From: an uncultured Alphaproteobacteria bacterium | Lineage (GTDB): Bacteria > Pseudomonadota > Alphaproteobacteria > HIMB59 > GCA-002718135 | Direction of reading: 5' to 3' | DNA: 64,000 nucleotides | NCBI GenBank assembly: GCA_902571865.1 | Contig: CACGDO010000001.1 | Coordinates: 82,315 to 146,314, forward strand | Part shown: in pieces, positions 50,246-59,594 of the stretch | Position numbering within the stretch: position 1 is the first letter of the stretch | Layout of the letters: the number at the start of each line of letters is the position of its first letter | Translations under genes and position numbers: made by a program | The notes under the pieces: generated by a model | The model's database searches: none | The model's input: the letters and a program-made list of their open reading frames with translations, nothing else | Told to the model about the DNA's origin: nothing

Positions 50246-50553
50246 TGAAACCTGGAGAAATAATAACAAAGCAAAATAGTGATATTAGTTTGAACGATGA
50301 AAGACAATCTATAACTTTAAAAGTTTCAAATAGTGGAGATCGGCCAATTCAAGTTGGTAGTCATTATCATTTTGCAGAAACAAATGAATATTTAAAATTT
50401 GATAGAGAAAAATCAAATGGTATGCGTTTAGATATACCATCTGGTACAGCTGTTCGGTTTGAACCTGGTCAATCAAAAGATGTAGAATTAATTCAAATTT
50501 CTGGAAATAGAAAGATATTTGGTTTTAATAAAAAAGTTATGGGTCAATTGTAA
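50245..50553 (+). CDS. ureB: Urease beta subunit
   Basis: [13 protein letters not shown] and [13 protein letters not shown]. Confidence 0.98.
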   Translation: MKPGEIITKQNSDISLNDERQSITLKVSNSGDRPIQVGSHYHFAETNEYLKFDREKSNGMRLDIPSGTAVRFEPGQSKDVELIQISGNRKIFGFNKKVMGQL

Positions 50554-52259
50554 TGAAAAAAATAAAAAGAGAAGCTTATGCCGATATGTATGGGCCAACA
50601 ACTGGTGATAAGGTTAGACTTGCTGACACTGAATTATTTATTGAAGTGGAAAAAGATTTAACAACGTATGGAGAAGAAGTAAAATTTGGTGGTGGTAAAG
50701 TTATTCGAGATGGAATGGGGCAGTCTCAAGTATCTCGTAAAGATGGTGCTGTTGATACAGTTATAACAAATGCTTTAATAGTAGATGTAAATGGAATTTA
50801 TAAAGCTGATATTGGTCTTAAGGATGGATTAATTTATGAAATTGGAAAAGCAGGTAATCCAGATACACAACCCAATGTAAATATTATTATTGGACCTGGA
50901 ACAGAAATAATTGCTGGTGAAGGTAAAATTATAACAGCTGGCGGATTTGACAGTCATATACATTTTATTTGTCCTCAGCAAATAGATGATGCACTTCATT
51001 CAGGTATTACAACAATGTTGGGAGGAGGAACTGGTCCTGCACATGGTACTTTAGCTACAACAGTTACACCTGGACCATGGCATATAGAAAGAATGATACA
51101 ATCTGCAGATGCTTTTTCTATGAACTTGGCTTTTGCTGGTAAAGGAAATAGTTCATTGTCTCATGCACTTGAAGAACAAGTTATTGCTGGTGCAAGCTCA
51201 CTAAAATTACATGAAGATTGGGGTACAACCCCAGCAGCAATAGATAATTGTTTAAATGTAGCTGATGATCATGACATTCAAGTAATGATTCATACAGATA
51301 CGTTAAATGAAAGTGGATTTGTCGAAAGTACAATTAAAGCAATTAATGGGCGAACAATTCACGCTTTTCATACTGAAGGAGCTGGTGGGGGGCATGCACC
51401 TGATATAATTAAAGTATGTGGAGAACAGTATGTTATTCCGTCATCCACAAATCCAACAAGACCATACACAGTTAATACAGTTGAAGAACATTTAGATATG
51501 TTAATGGTTTGCCATCACTTAGATAAATCAATACCTGAAGACGTTGCTTTTGCTGAAAGTCGAATTCGAAAGGAAACAATTGCAGCGGAAGATATACTGC
51601 ATGACATGGGTGCTTTTTCTATTATTGCTTCTGATAGTCAAGCCATGGGCCGTGTTGGCGAAGTTATTATTAGAACTTGGCAAACAGCACATAAGATGAA
51701 AGTTCAACGCGGACAATTAAAAGAAGAGCAGGGAAATAACGACAATGTACGTGTTAAAAGATACATTGCTAAATATACAATTAATCCTGCAATTGCCCAT
51801 GGTATTTCTGATCATATTGGAAGTATCGAAAAAAATAAACGTGCTGATATTGTTATTTGGGATACTGCTTTTTTTGGTGTTAAACCTGAAATGGTATTAC
51901 AAGGTGGAAGTATTGCTTGTGCACAAATGGGTGATCCTAATGCATCTATACCAACACCACAGCCAGTGTACTCCAGACCAATGTTTTCTTCTTATGGAAA
52001 ATCATTAGAAAAATCTACTGCCACCTTTGTAAGTAAAGTTTCTTTAGATAAAGATTCATTTAAAAACTCTGGAGTGAGTAAATCTCTATTACCAGTTAAA
52101 AATATTAGAAAAATTTCTAAAAAAGATATGGTATTAAATGATTATTGTCCAAAAATAGAAGTTAACCCAGAAACTTATGAAGTTTTAGCAGATGGTGAAT
52201 TAATTACTTGTGATCCAGCTAAAACACTACCTTTAGCTCAACGTTATTTTATGTACTAA
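50553..52259 (+). CDS. ureC: Urease alpha subunit
   Basis: [38 protein letters not shown] and SDSQAMGR. Confidence 0.99.
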   Translation: MKKIKREAYADMYGPTTGDKVRLADTELFIEVEKDLTTYGEEVKFGGGKVIRDGMGQSQVSRKDGAVDTVITNALIVDVNGIYKADIGLKDGLIYEIGKAGNPDTQPNVNIIIGPGTEIIAGEGKIITAGGFDSHIHFICPQQIDDALHSGITTMLGGGTGPAHGTLATTVTPGPWHIERMIQSADAFSMNLAFAGKGNSSLSHALEEQVIAGASSLKLHEDWGTTPAAIDNCLNVADDHDIQVMIHTDTLNESGFVESTIKAINGRTIHAFHTEGAGGGHAPDIIKVCGEQYVIPSSTNPTRPYTVNTVEEHLDMLMVCHHLDKSIPEDVAFAESRIRKETIAAEDILHDMGAFSIIASDSQAMGRVGEVIIRTWQTAHKMKVQRGQLKEEQGNNDNVRVKRYIAKYTINPAIAHGISDHIGSIEKNKRADIVIWDTAFFGVKPEMVLQGGSIACAQMGDPNASIPTPQPVYSRPMFSSYGKSLEKSTATFVSKVSLDKDSFKNSGVSKSLLPVKNIRKISKKDMVLNDYCPKIEVNPETYEVLADGELITCDPAKTLPLAQRYFMY

Positions 52260-52260
52260 A

Positions 52261-52704
52261 ATGAATACTTCATTCAAAATTATTCATCACAATAATGATA
52301 AAGAAGTATTTGATGAAATTTCACTATCTTATGAAGAAAGATTTATTCGTAGAAAAAAGCTTATAGCAAATAATGGTACTGAATTTTTAGTTAATCTTGA
52401 AGAAACCGTCAGTGTTGATGAAAATCATTATTTTGAATTAGACAATGGAAAATTAATTAAAGTTATATCTAAAGAAGAAAATTTAATTGAAATAACGGGA
52501 GATAGTTTAAAGCAAATCATATGGCACATAGGAAATAGACATCTGCCATGTCAAATTGAAGAAAACAGAATTCTTATTCAAGATGATGCTGTAATTCTTG
52601 ATATGGTTCTTAAATTATACGGAAATGTAAAAAAAGTTTTTGAAAAATTTAAACCTGAAGGTGGTGCTTATGGTATGGGCAGAACACATAGCCACAAACA
52701 TTAA
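52261..52704 (+). CDS. ureE: Urease accessory protein UreE
   Basis: WHIGNRHLP, FKPEGGAY and a short His tail HSHKH. Confidence 0.93.
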   Translation: MNTSFKIIHHNNDKEVFDEISLSYEERFIRRKKLIANNGTEFLVNLEETVSVDENHYFELDNGKLIKVISKEENLIEITGDSLKQIIWHIGNRHLPCQIEENRILIQDDAVILDMVLKLYGNVKKVFEKFKPEGGAYGMGRTHSHKH

Positions 52705-52705
52705 A

Positions 52706-53341
52706 ATGAAAAAATATAAAGATCCTCATCAAATATTACAAGTATGGTTTTCATCTTCTTTTCCTATTGGTTCTTACGCATACTCTCATGGTTTAGAAGC
52801 TCTGATTGATGATAAAAAAATTAAAAATAATAATGATGTTAAAGAATATTTAGATGCCCTTTTATTTTATGGAACATTAAGAAATGACTATATTTTTATG
52901 AAGTCTATTTACAAAGGTGAGGAAATTAATCAATTAATCTTAGCAAGTGCTTCTTCTAAAGAAAGGCAAATAGAAATGATAGATATGGGAAATTCTTTTC
53001 GTAAAATCATGAAAGATAGTTGGGAATTATCTTTACCTGAAAATACATCATTTATATATTGTTTAGCAAAAGCTGGATTACATTTTAATATTAAGTTTGA
53101 TGATTTAATTAAGTTTTATCTACAATCATTCATTGCTAATTTAATAAATGTATGTGTAAAACATATACCTATGTCTCAAAAAGATGGGCAGAGTCTTAAT
53201 GTTATTTTTATTAATCAAATTCAAGAATTTTTAAGTCATTCAGATAAGCTGACTCTTAAAGATATAGGTACAACTTTTTTTATTGGTGATATTTTTGCTA
53301 TTAAGCATGAATATTTAGACTCAAGGATTTATTTGACGTGA
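52706..53341 (+). CDS. ureF: Urease accessory protein UreF
   Basis: [20 protein letters not shown] and [14 protein letters not shown] at 52706. Confidence 0.9.
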   Translation: MKKYKDPHQILQVWFSSSFPIGSYAYSHGLEALIDDKKIKNNNDVKEYLDALLFYGTLRNDYIFMKSIYKGEEINQLILASASSKERQIEMIDMGNSFRKIMKDSWELSLPENTSFIYCLAKAGLHFNIKFDDLIKFYLQSFIANLINVCVKHIPMSQKDGQSLNVIFINQIQEFLSHSDKLTLKDIGTTFFIGDIFAIKHEYLDSRIYLT

Positions 53342-53949
53342 ATAATATAAATGGACCTTTAAAAGTTGGTATTGGAGGTGGAATAGGGACTGGAAAAACA
53401 AGTTTAACAGAAGCATTATGTCGTCATTTATCTAAAAAAGTTTCTATGGCAGTTATTTCAAATGATATTTATACAACTGAAGATGCTGAATATCTAATGA
53501 AAGCACAAGTGCTACCTATAGAAAGAATTAAAGGTGTAGAAACTGGTGGATGTCCACATACGGCTATAAGGGAAGATTGTAGTATTAATCTACTTGCAGT
53601 TGATGAAATGAAAAAAAAATTTCCAGATTTAGATTTAATCCTTATTGAATCTGGTGGTGATAATTTAGCTGCAACTTTTAGTCCTGAATTAGTTGATTTA
53701 ACAATTTATATGATTGACGTGGCACAAGGTGCAGACATACCAAGAAAAAAAGCACCGGCAATTAGGAAATCTGATTTACTCGTCATTAATAAAGTTGATC
53801 TAGCTCCATATGTTAATGTTGATTTAGAACAAATGAAACAAGATGTGAATGAAGCCAGAAATGGTTTGCCTTATATTTTTGGTGAAATGAAAAATAATAA
53901 CGGAATTGAAAAAATTTCTGACTTCTTAACTTCTCAAGGTGGATTATAA
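53338..53949 (+). CDS. ureG: Urease accessory GTPase UreG
   Basis: GGIGTGKT P-loop, [20 protein letters not shown] and NKVD. GTG start overlaps the ureF stop. Confidence 0.95.
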   Translation: MNNINGPLKVGIGGGIGTGKTSLTEALCRHLSKKVSMAVISNDIYTTEDAEYLMKAQVLPIERIKGVETGGCPHTAIREDCSINLLAVDEMKKKFPDLDLILIESGGDNLAATFSPELVDLTIYMIDVAQGADIPRKKAPAIRKSDLLVINKVDLAPYVNVDLEQMKQDVNEARNGLPYIFGEMKNNNGIEKISDFLTSQGGL

Positions 53950-54207
53950 CTATTCTACCTTTTGCAAAGAATACACTGTATCTGTACTATTAAATTTTGA
54001 ATCAAATTCTTTTGATTTTGGGTCATCAAATAAAGCGTAAAATTTTTCTTCATCAGTAACATTACACATAATCATCACATGGCCATCTTTAACAAATGCC
54101 ATGTCAAAAGCATCAGTATATTTTGCAATATCATCTTTAAAAAAATTATATAATTCCATGTAATCTTCTTTCGTAAAAGACCCCTTGGATACAACACATA
54201 AATTCAT
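53950..54207 (-). CDS. Hypothetical protein (85 aa) downstream of a SAM-II riboswitch
   Basis: AGGAG RBS 7 nt before ATG; acidic, with 5 Met and 2 Cys. Confidence 0.8.
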   Translation of the reverse strand: MNLCVVSKGSFTKEDYMELYNFFKDDIAKYTDAFDMAFVKDGHVMIMCNVTDEEKFYALFDDPKSKEFDSKFNSTDTVYSLQKVE

Positions 54208-54218
54208 AATTATCTCCT

Positions 54219-54257
54219 AAAAAAAATATCCTCGCCATTTTTCTTAATGGGAGGATA
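54219..54257 (-). terminator. Intrinsic terminator; likely riboswitch expression platform
   Basis: Minus strand: UAUCCUC-CCAUU...AAUGG-c-GAGGAUA followed by U8, directly before the AGGAG RBS. Confidence 0.8.
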
Positions 54258-54270
54258 AATTTATACGTAT

Positions 54271-54317
54271 CTCATTTTAGCTGCTTTTGAACCGCAATAG
54301 AGTCAAATCGTTCAAAA
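54271..54317 (-). ncRNA. SAM-II class riboswitch aptamer
   Basis: Minus strand: UUUUGAAC-GAUUUGACUCUAUUGC-G-GUUCAAAA-GCAGCUAAAAUGAG. It has an 8-bp P1, a SAM-II-like loop, pseudoknot pairs UUGC/GCAG and CUC/GAG, and the GCUAAA segment. Confidence 0.85.
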
Positions 54318-54387
54318 TATTAGATAATACATAATTATTGCAATTCAATGAATTTAAAGGCGTGTAATTAGAGATAATTTATTACAA

Positions 54388-54792
54388 TTATTCATATTTA
54401 TCAGAATACAAGTAAGGTATTCCAATAACTAGAATGATATAAAAAACCATAAAGCCTGCAATAAGAGGTAATACTTCTCCAGCTGGTACTGTGCTAAACG
54501 GACCAATAACAAATCCATAAATTACAAAAAGAATATTTAAACCTACTAAATAATATCCACCACTTCTTTTCATACTGTACAACATATAAATTGTGTAAGC
54601 GATTGCTAACTGAAATACGATACTTACAATGAAATCTAATGTTGATATTTGTACATTAAAATCTCCAATAGGAGGCTGTACACCTTGTCCTGAAAAATAA
54701 CCGTATGTTATACGATAAGTAGTATCAATAAAATCTAACGAGATTAGGATTAACATAATCCAATGTAATGGCTTAAATAATGTTTCTTTCAT
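54388..54792 (-). CDS. Hypothetical membrane protein
   Basis: Four hydrophobic segments. Confidence 0.75.
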   Translation of the reverse strand: MKETLFKPLHWIMLILISLDFIDTTYRITYGYFSGQGVQPPIGDFNVQISTLDFIVSIVFQLAIAYTIYMLYSMKRSGGYYLVGLNILFVIYGFVIGPFSTVPAGEVLPLIAGFMVFYIILVIGIPYLYSDKYE

Positions 54793-54834
54793 GACTGTTA
54801 ATTACAATAATGTTTTAGATTCTTTAAATAAAAT

Positions 54835-56829
54835 TTAGTTAACCCATTTTTCAACAATGATATTTTGTTCTTCAGCTGTTAAAAAAGGTAAATTGTTAAA
54901 AACTTCATTCCACTTACTTTCAATCTCTCTTAGAAAAGGAAATAAATCAGTTTCATTTGATAATTCAGTAGCTTCATCCTGCCAGTGTCCAAGAAAACCA
55001 GTGTTTTGATTTCCACAACCTCCAGTTCCATATTTTTTTAATTTTGAAATATTGCCAAAACCCTCTCCATGATTGAAACCAACTCTATTACCTATAAAAG
55101 TAAATTTAGGATAATATTGAGTACATAAAGTAACAGGAAACTTCATTTCATCTTTTTCAAAAAGTGCGTCAAAAATATAAAAATTATTATCAATATCTAT
55201 ATTAAAATTTTTACCTCCAATCATTTTCGCTTCTATTGAAGAAAAATATATTGAATTTTTCAGTAAATTATATTTTTTTAATTCTTGATCATTAATTTTT
55301 TTTATCTTTGTGAAATCAATACCTTCTATTTTTTTACCTTTCAAATTGTCATAAAAAAATACCCAACCTTTATCTTCTACAAAAGATGGATCAACCATTT
55401 CAAAAATTAAATTTCCCTTATTTATAAAAAACCAATTCGTATGTTTATTTAAATTTCCATTTACACAGATTGCATCCATTAAGTTATCATTATTCACATC
55501 TATTAAAGCCGTCCTATTACAATAAGAATTATACGGATGACTGTATTCATCTTTTATTTCTTTTGCCCATTCTTTTGGATCTGCCCAAGCAGGATTAGGT
55601 TCTACACCAGGAAATAATAAACTATTTTTAAGTTTAAATTTTCCGTTTCCTATATTTTCATAAATTGCAAACGCACTTGATGAGTAAAATGGCCCAACAA
55701 CTGAACTAATGAAATCTACATCTCCATCATTATCAAAATCCCAAGAAATCATATCAACAACTTGAGAAAACATAAATTTTCCCCCTAAGGTATAAACTGG
55801 TTCAATTTTAGTTTTTTGTCTTTTAAATTTGCCTTTACCGTTACCATAAAAAACTGAAACTCTATTCATACCTGGATCACCTTTCCAGCCAGAAGGAGAT
55901 ATTTCATTAAATTTTGGATTATAATGATCTCCAGAAATTATTAGATCTAAATTGCCATCATTATTATAATCAGCAGCAGTAACAGCAAATCCACCTTGAT
56001 TTGCACATATTTTTGCTTTGAAATTACCCCTACCATCATTAAAATGACAAACGGCTCCTTTAAATTCTGTAGTTATAATATCAATATCACCATCATTATC
56101 TATATCGCCTGATGTTGATCCATGAGAAAAACCAATATAAATTTTTTGTTTTTTTTCAGTTTTAAATCCAGTATGGTTACTTTGTTTCCAATTTGATTTA
56201 TCTGTTGAAATAAGAGAGTGATTTGGCCCAATATATTCATATTTTTTATTTCTTATTTGAACTTGTGCATTAGCAATAAAAATATCTTCAACATTATCGT
56301 TATTAAAATCAGCTATAATTAATCTTGCTAAGGTAGAACCATATCCAATATCTTGACTAAATTCATTATTCCAGTCAAATAAATTATCTTTAAATATTAT
56401 ATTTTTTTTTTTTGGATCTTGTAAAAATGTTAAGACAGGAGGACTAATAGCATTTAATATTTTTATATCCTGAACTGAACAGCCCCTTCTTCCTTCTTGC
56501 TCTAGATTTTCACCAGTTGTATTTCCACTACCGCATCTGTGACCTTCTCCTACAAAAATGATATCTTGAGTGTTGTTATTATCAAAATCTACCCAAGCAA
56601 AACCAGTGATAAAATAAAAATTATCTTTAAATTGATTTTTAATATTTTTAATAAATTTAATACCTGGAAGAAAATATCTTCCATCATTTACTTTATTTGA
56701 ATCATTAATGTACCAACCAGATAAACTAATTTTATTTATTTTTGCTTTTTCATAAATATCTTGATTATTTGCTAGTGTGTTTTTTACTATTAAAACAAAT
56801 AAAATTATTAATGAAATTAATTTAAACAT
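54835..56829 (-). CDS. Exported FG-GAP/VCBS repeat beta-propeller protein
   Basis: Signal peptide; six Ca-binding-type repeats (DFDNNNTQDI, DFNNDNVEDI, DIDNDGDIDI, DYNNDGNLDL, DFDNDGDVDF, DVNNDNLMDA). Confidence 0.85.
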   Translation of the reverse strand: MFKLISLIILFVLIVKNTLANNQDIYEKAKINKISLSGWYINDSNKVNDGRYFLPGIKFIKNIKNQFKDNFYFITGFAWVDFDNNNTQDIIFVGEGHRCGSGNTTGENLEQEGRRGCSVQDIKILNAISPPVLTFLQDPKKKNIIFKDNLFDWNNEFSQDIGYGSTLARLIIADFNNDNVEDIFIANAQVQIRNKKYEYIGPNHSLISTDKSNWKQSNHTGFKTEKKQKIYIGFSHGSTSGDIDNDGDIDIITTEFKGAVCHFNDGRGNFKAKICANQGGFAVTAADYNNDGNLDLIISGDHYNPKFNEISPSGWKGDPGMNRVSVFYGNGKGKFKRQKTKIEPVYTLGGKFMFSQVVDMISWDFDNDGDVDFISSVVGPFYSSSAFAIYENIGNGKFKLKNSLLFPGVEPNPAWADPKEWAKEIKDEYSHPYNSYCNRTALIDVNNDNLMDAICVNGNLNKHTNWFFINKGNLIFEMVDPSFVEDKGWVFFYDNLKGKKIEGIDFTKIKKINDQELKKYNLLKNSIYFSSIEAKMIGGKNFNIDIDNNFYIFDALFEKDEMKFPVTLCTQYYPKFTFIGNRVGFNHGEGFGNISKLKKYGTGGCGNQNTGFLGHWQDEATELSNETDLFPFLREIESKWNEVFNNLPFLTAEEQNIIVEKWVN

Positions 56830-56832
56830 AAA

Positions 56833-57522
56833 CTATTTATCATTTTGATGATTAACAACATCAACTAATATCGCAATGACTAAGTTTAAGATTGTAATAG
56901 AACAAATTGCAATAAAACTAAAAAAATATATCCAAGACCACCAATATATTGCTTGCATAGGTAGCATAACATTTTCCCAACTTGATAACGTTAAAACTTG
57001 AAATAGAGTAATTAAAGAGATGCCTAAATCAGCCCATCTTTCTGGATCATCTTCACCAAATAAAATTGAGCCCATAGTTGCATAAATATAGAGAATAATA
57101 AAAAGTAGGAGACTAACAAAAAATACTCTTTTTATAGAAGCAAGAATAGCTTCTATAATTTTTTTTAATTCAGGTATTACAGAAATTAATCTTAGTACTC
57201 TAAAAATACGAAGAAGACGTAAAACAAGGAAACTAGAATTATTTGGAATAGGTATAAGTGAAATTGCTACAATGATTGTATCAAATACATTCCAACCATC
57301 TTTTAAGAAATTTTTCTTTTCTTTTTCACCAATAAAACGAATAAGTATTTCAATTACAAAGAAAACAGTGATTGCATAATCAAGTAAATGAATAGTATTT
57401 AAAAATATAGGATCTAATTGATATGTTGTGGCACCAATAAGAATGGCATTTAATATAATTATAACAACAACAGAAAATTGAAAAATACGATTATCTTTCA
57501 ACTTAGAAAAAAAATCTATCAT
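56833..57522 (-). CDS. Bacterial voltage-gated cation channel (BacNav-like 6TM)
   Basis: S4 RLLRIFRVLR, WNVFD, pore FQVLTLSSWEN and S6 LNLVIAILVD. Confidence 0.9.
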   Translation of the reverse strand: MIDFFSKLKDNRIFQFSVVVIIILNAILIGATTYQLDPIFLNTIHLLDYAITVFFVIEILIRFIGEKEKKNFLKDGWNVFDTIIVAISLIPIPNNSSFLVLRLLRIFRVLRLISVIPELKKIIEAILASIKRVFFVSLLLFIILYIYATMGSILFGEDDPERWADLGISLITLFQVLTLSSWENVMLPMQAIYWWSWIYFFSFIAICSITILNLVIAILVDVVNHQNDK

Positions 57523-57528
57523 ATTAAA

Positions 57529-58551
57529 TTAAATAGTTTTTAAGTTATCTATTTTCCTATCCATCACAAAAAACCACAAAGGAGGGATTAAAGCCATAAT
57601 TAACATGATAGAGTAATTAGCAGGCATCTCTATTGCTTTTTCTTCTTGAGATAAAAGAGGATAGGGCTTTGATGCGCTCTGGTGATGTTCTGCATGAAGA
57701 CCTAAATTAAATGTCGACCAATTAGCAGAGATGTGACGACTATTCCAAGAATGGAAATCTGTAAATCTTTCATAACGTCCATTTTCTTTTTTTCTCTCTA
57801 AACCATAATGTTGAATATAATTTACTAACTCCAATAGAATAATCGAAACAAAAGAATGAAATATAACAAAAATTAAACCATTCATGCCAGCAACTAAATA
57901 AGCAATAACTAAAAATAAAAATTCTAATACAAAATAATGAGTCATTCTGTTTTGAAAACTAAGAGTATTTAGATTTTTTCTATCAAGAATATTTTTTTCA
58001 ATATTCCAAGATGAAATCACACTATTAATTACACAGCGTATAAAATAAAAATAAAAATTTTCACCTCTTCTAGCTGTAGCAGGATCTTCTTTCGTAGCTA
58101 CATTTAAATGATGGCCATAAATATGTTCTATACGAAAATGACCATAACAACATAAAACTAGTAAAAACACTCCAATGCCTCGCATAAATTTATTTTTTCG
58201 ATGAATAAGTTCATGCGCAGTTGTAATTCCAATAGAACCACCAGACATACCTACAGCTGCCCCTAAAGCAGCAGCGGTTAATAATGTAATACTAGAATCA
58301 GAAACAACGATTAAACCAAATATAATTAAAAATAAAATGCAGGGGAGCACTATTAAAATAGAAAAATTGTGAAACACACTTTCATTTAACTCAACATCAT
58401 CTTTACTTAAGTAAGGTAATACAAGGTCGATAATTGGAACTAATACGAAAACCCAAATAAAAGGTGAAATTGACCAAGAGGGATTAATGATTAATCCTAA
58501 AGAACTAGCAAAAATCAATATTAGCGGTGTTACAAGATAAAAAATCATCAA
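57529..58551 (-). CDS. alkB: AlkB-like membrane di-iron alkane monooxygenase
   Basis: His boxes AHELIH, EHIYGHH, NYIQHYG and LHAEHH; ATKEDPATARRGE. Confidence 0.82.
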   Translation of the reverse strand: MMIFYLVTPLILIFASSLGLIINPSWSISPFIWVFVLVPIIDLVLPYLSKDDVELNESVFHNFSILIVLPCILFLIIFGLIVVSDSSITLLTAAALGAAVGMSGGSIGITTAHELIHRKNKFMRGIGVFLLVLCCYGHFRIEHIYGHHLNVATKEDPATARRGENFYFYFIRCVINSVISSWNIEKNILDRKNLNTLSFQNRMTHYFVLEFLFLVIAYLVAGMNGLIFVIFHSFVSIILLELVNYIQHYGLERKKENGRYERFTDFHSWNSRHISANWSTFNLGLHAEHHQSASKPYPLLSQEEKAIEMPANYSIMLIMALIPPLWFFVMDRKIDNLKTI

Positions 58552-58611
58552 AATAATTATATATTATTTTTTTTTCTAAACTAATACCTAAATTACTCTA
58601 AGAAAATTTAT

Positions 58612-59547
58612 ATGAATAATAACATAAAAGGTCTTATTTTAATTATTGTGGGGATGTTATTCATCATTACCCAGGACGTTTTAATTAAATATACCATCCA
58701 TGATGCCTCCTTAATGCAAATACTCGTATTTAGAGGAGGGGTAGGATTTTCATTTTTATGCTTATATTTAATATACACAAAACAACCAATATTCTTTGGA
58801 ACTGCACACCCTTATATAGCAATTTTTAGAGGCTCAACATTCTTCTTCGGCTTTACCTTATTTTTTATTTCATTGAGCCAAATCACTTTAGCAGAAGCAA
58901 CGAGTTTATTTTTTGTAAGTCCATTTTTTATTACTATTTATTCTTACTTTATTCTGAATATAAAAATTGGCTTGAATAGAATATTTTCAATTTTTGTTGG
59001 TTTTAGTGGAACTCTTTTAATCATTAAGCCAGAATTTAATGACATAAATATTTATATGTTATTTCCAATAATTGCTGCAGCTACCTATGCATTATCGATG
59101 ACATTGGCAAAAAAAACTTCAAAAAATGATAATTTATTTCAACAAACTTTTCATATTTATATAGGTGCATTTGTTGGAGGAAGCGCAATTAGTATTTTAT
59201 TACATAATTCAGACTTTAATTTATCAATTTTTTCTATTCTTAGTAATCCTTGGGTACTTAATGATCTACAATTTATTGGATTAATACTTTTTATTTCTAC
59301 AACTGGAAGTCTTGGGATATTTTGTTTGATTGCAGCATATAGAGTAGGTTCACCTCTAGTTAACAGTATAACTGAGTACGTACATCTAATTTTTGCAATA
59401 ATAATAGGAATTATTATTTTTTCTGAAGTGCCCGATATAAATTCATTTATTGGAATTTTTCTTATTATGGTAAGCGGTATCTTTGTTGTATTTAGAGAAA
59501 ATAAACGTGAGGAATTAGTCGTAGCCAAAACTACTCTTAGAACTTAA
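58612..59547 (+). CDS. DMT/EamA family transporter
   Basis: About 10 TM; FFVSPF, IIKP and EVPD. Confidence 0.9.
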   Translation: MNNNIKGLILIIVGMLFIITQDVLIKYTIHDASLMQILVFRGGVGFSFLCLYLIYTKQPIFFGTAHPYIAIFRGSTFFFGFTLFFISLSQITLAEATSLFFVSPFFITIYSYFILNIKIGLNRIFSIFVGFSGTLLIIKPEFNDINIYMLFPIIAAATYALSMTLAKKTSKNDNLFQQTFHIYIGAFVGGSAISILLHNSDFNLSIFSILSNPWVLNDLQFIGLILFISTTGSLGIFCLIAAYRVGSPLVNSITEYVHLIFAIIIGIIIFSEVPDINSFIGIFLIMVSGIFVVFRENKREELVVAKTTLRT

Positions 59548-59594
59548 TAGTTTTATAATATTGTAACAATCACTGAATAATATTAATAAAAATT

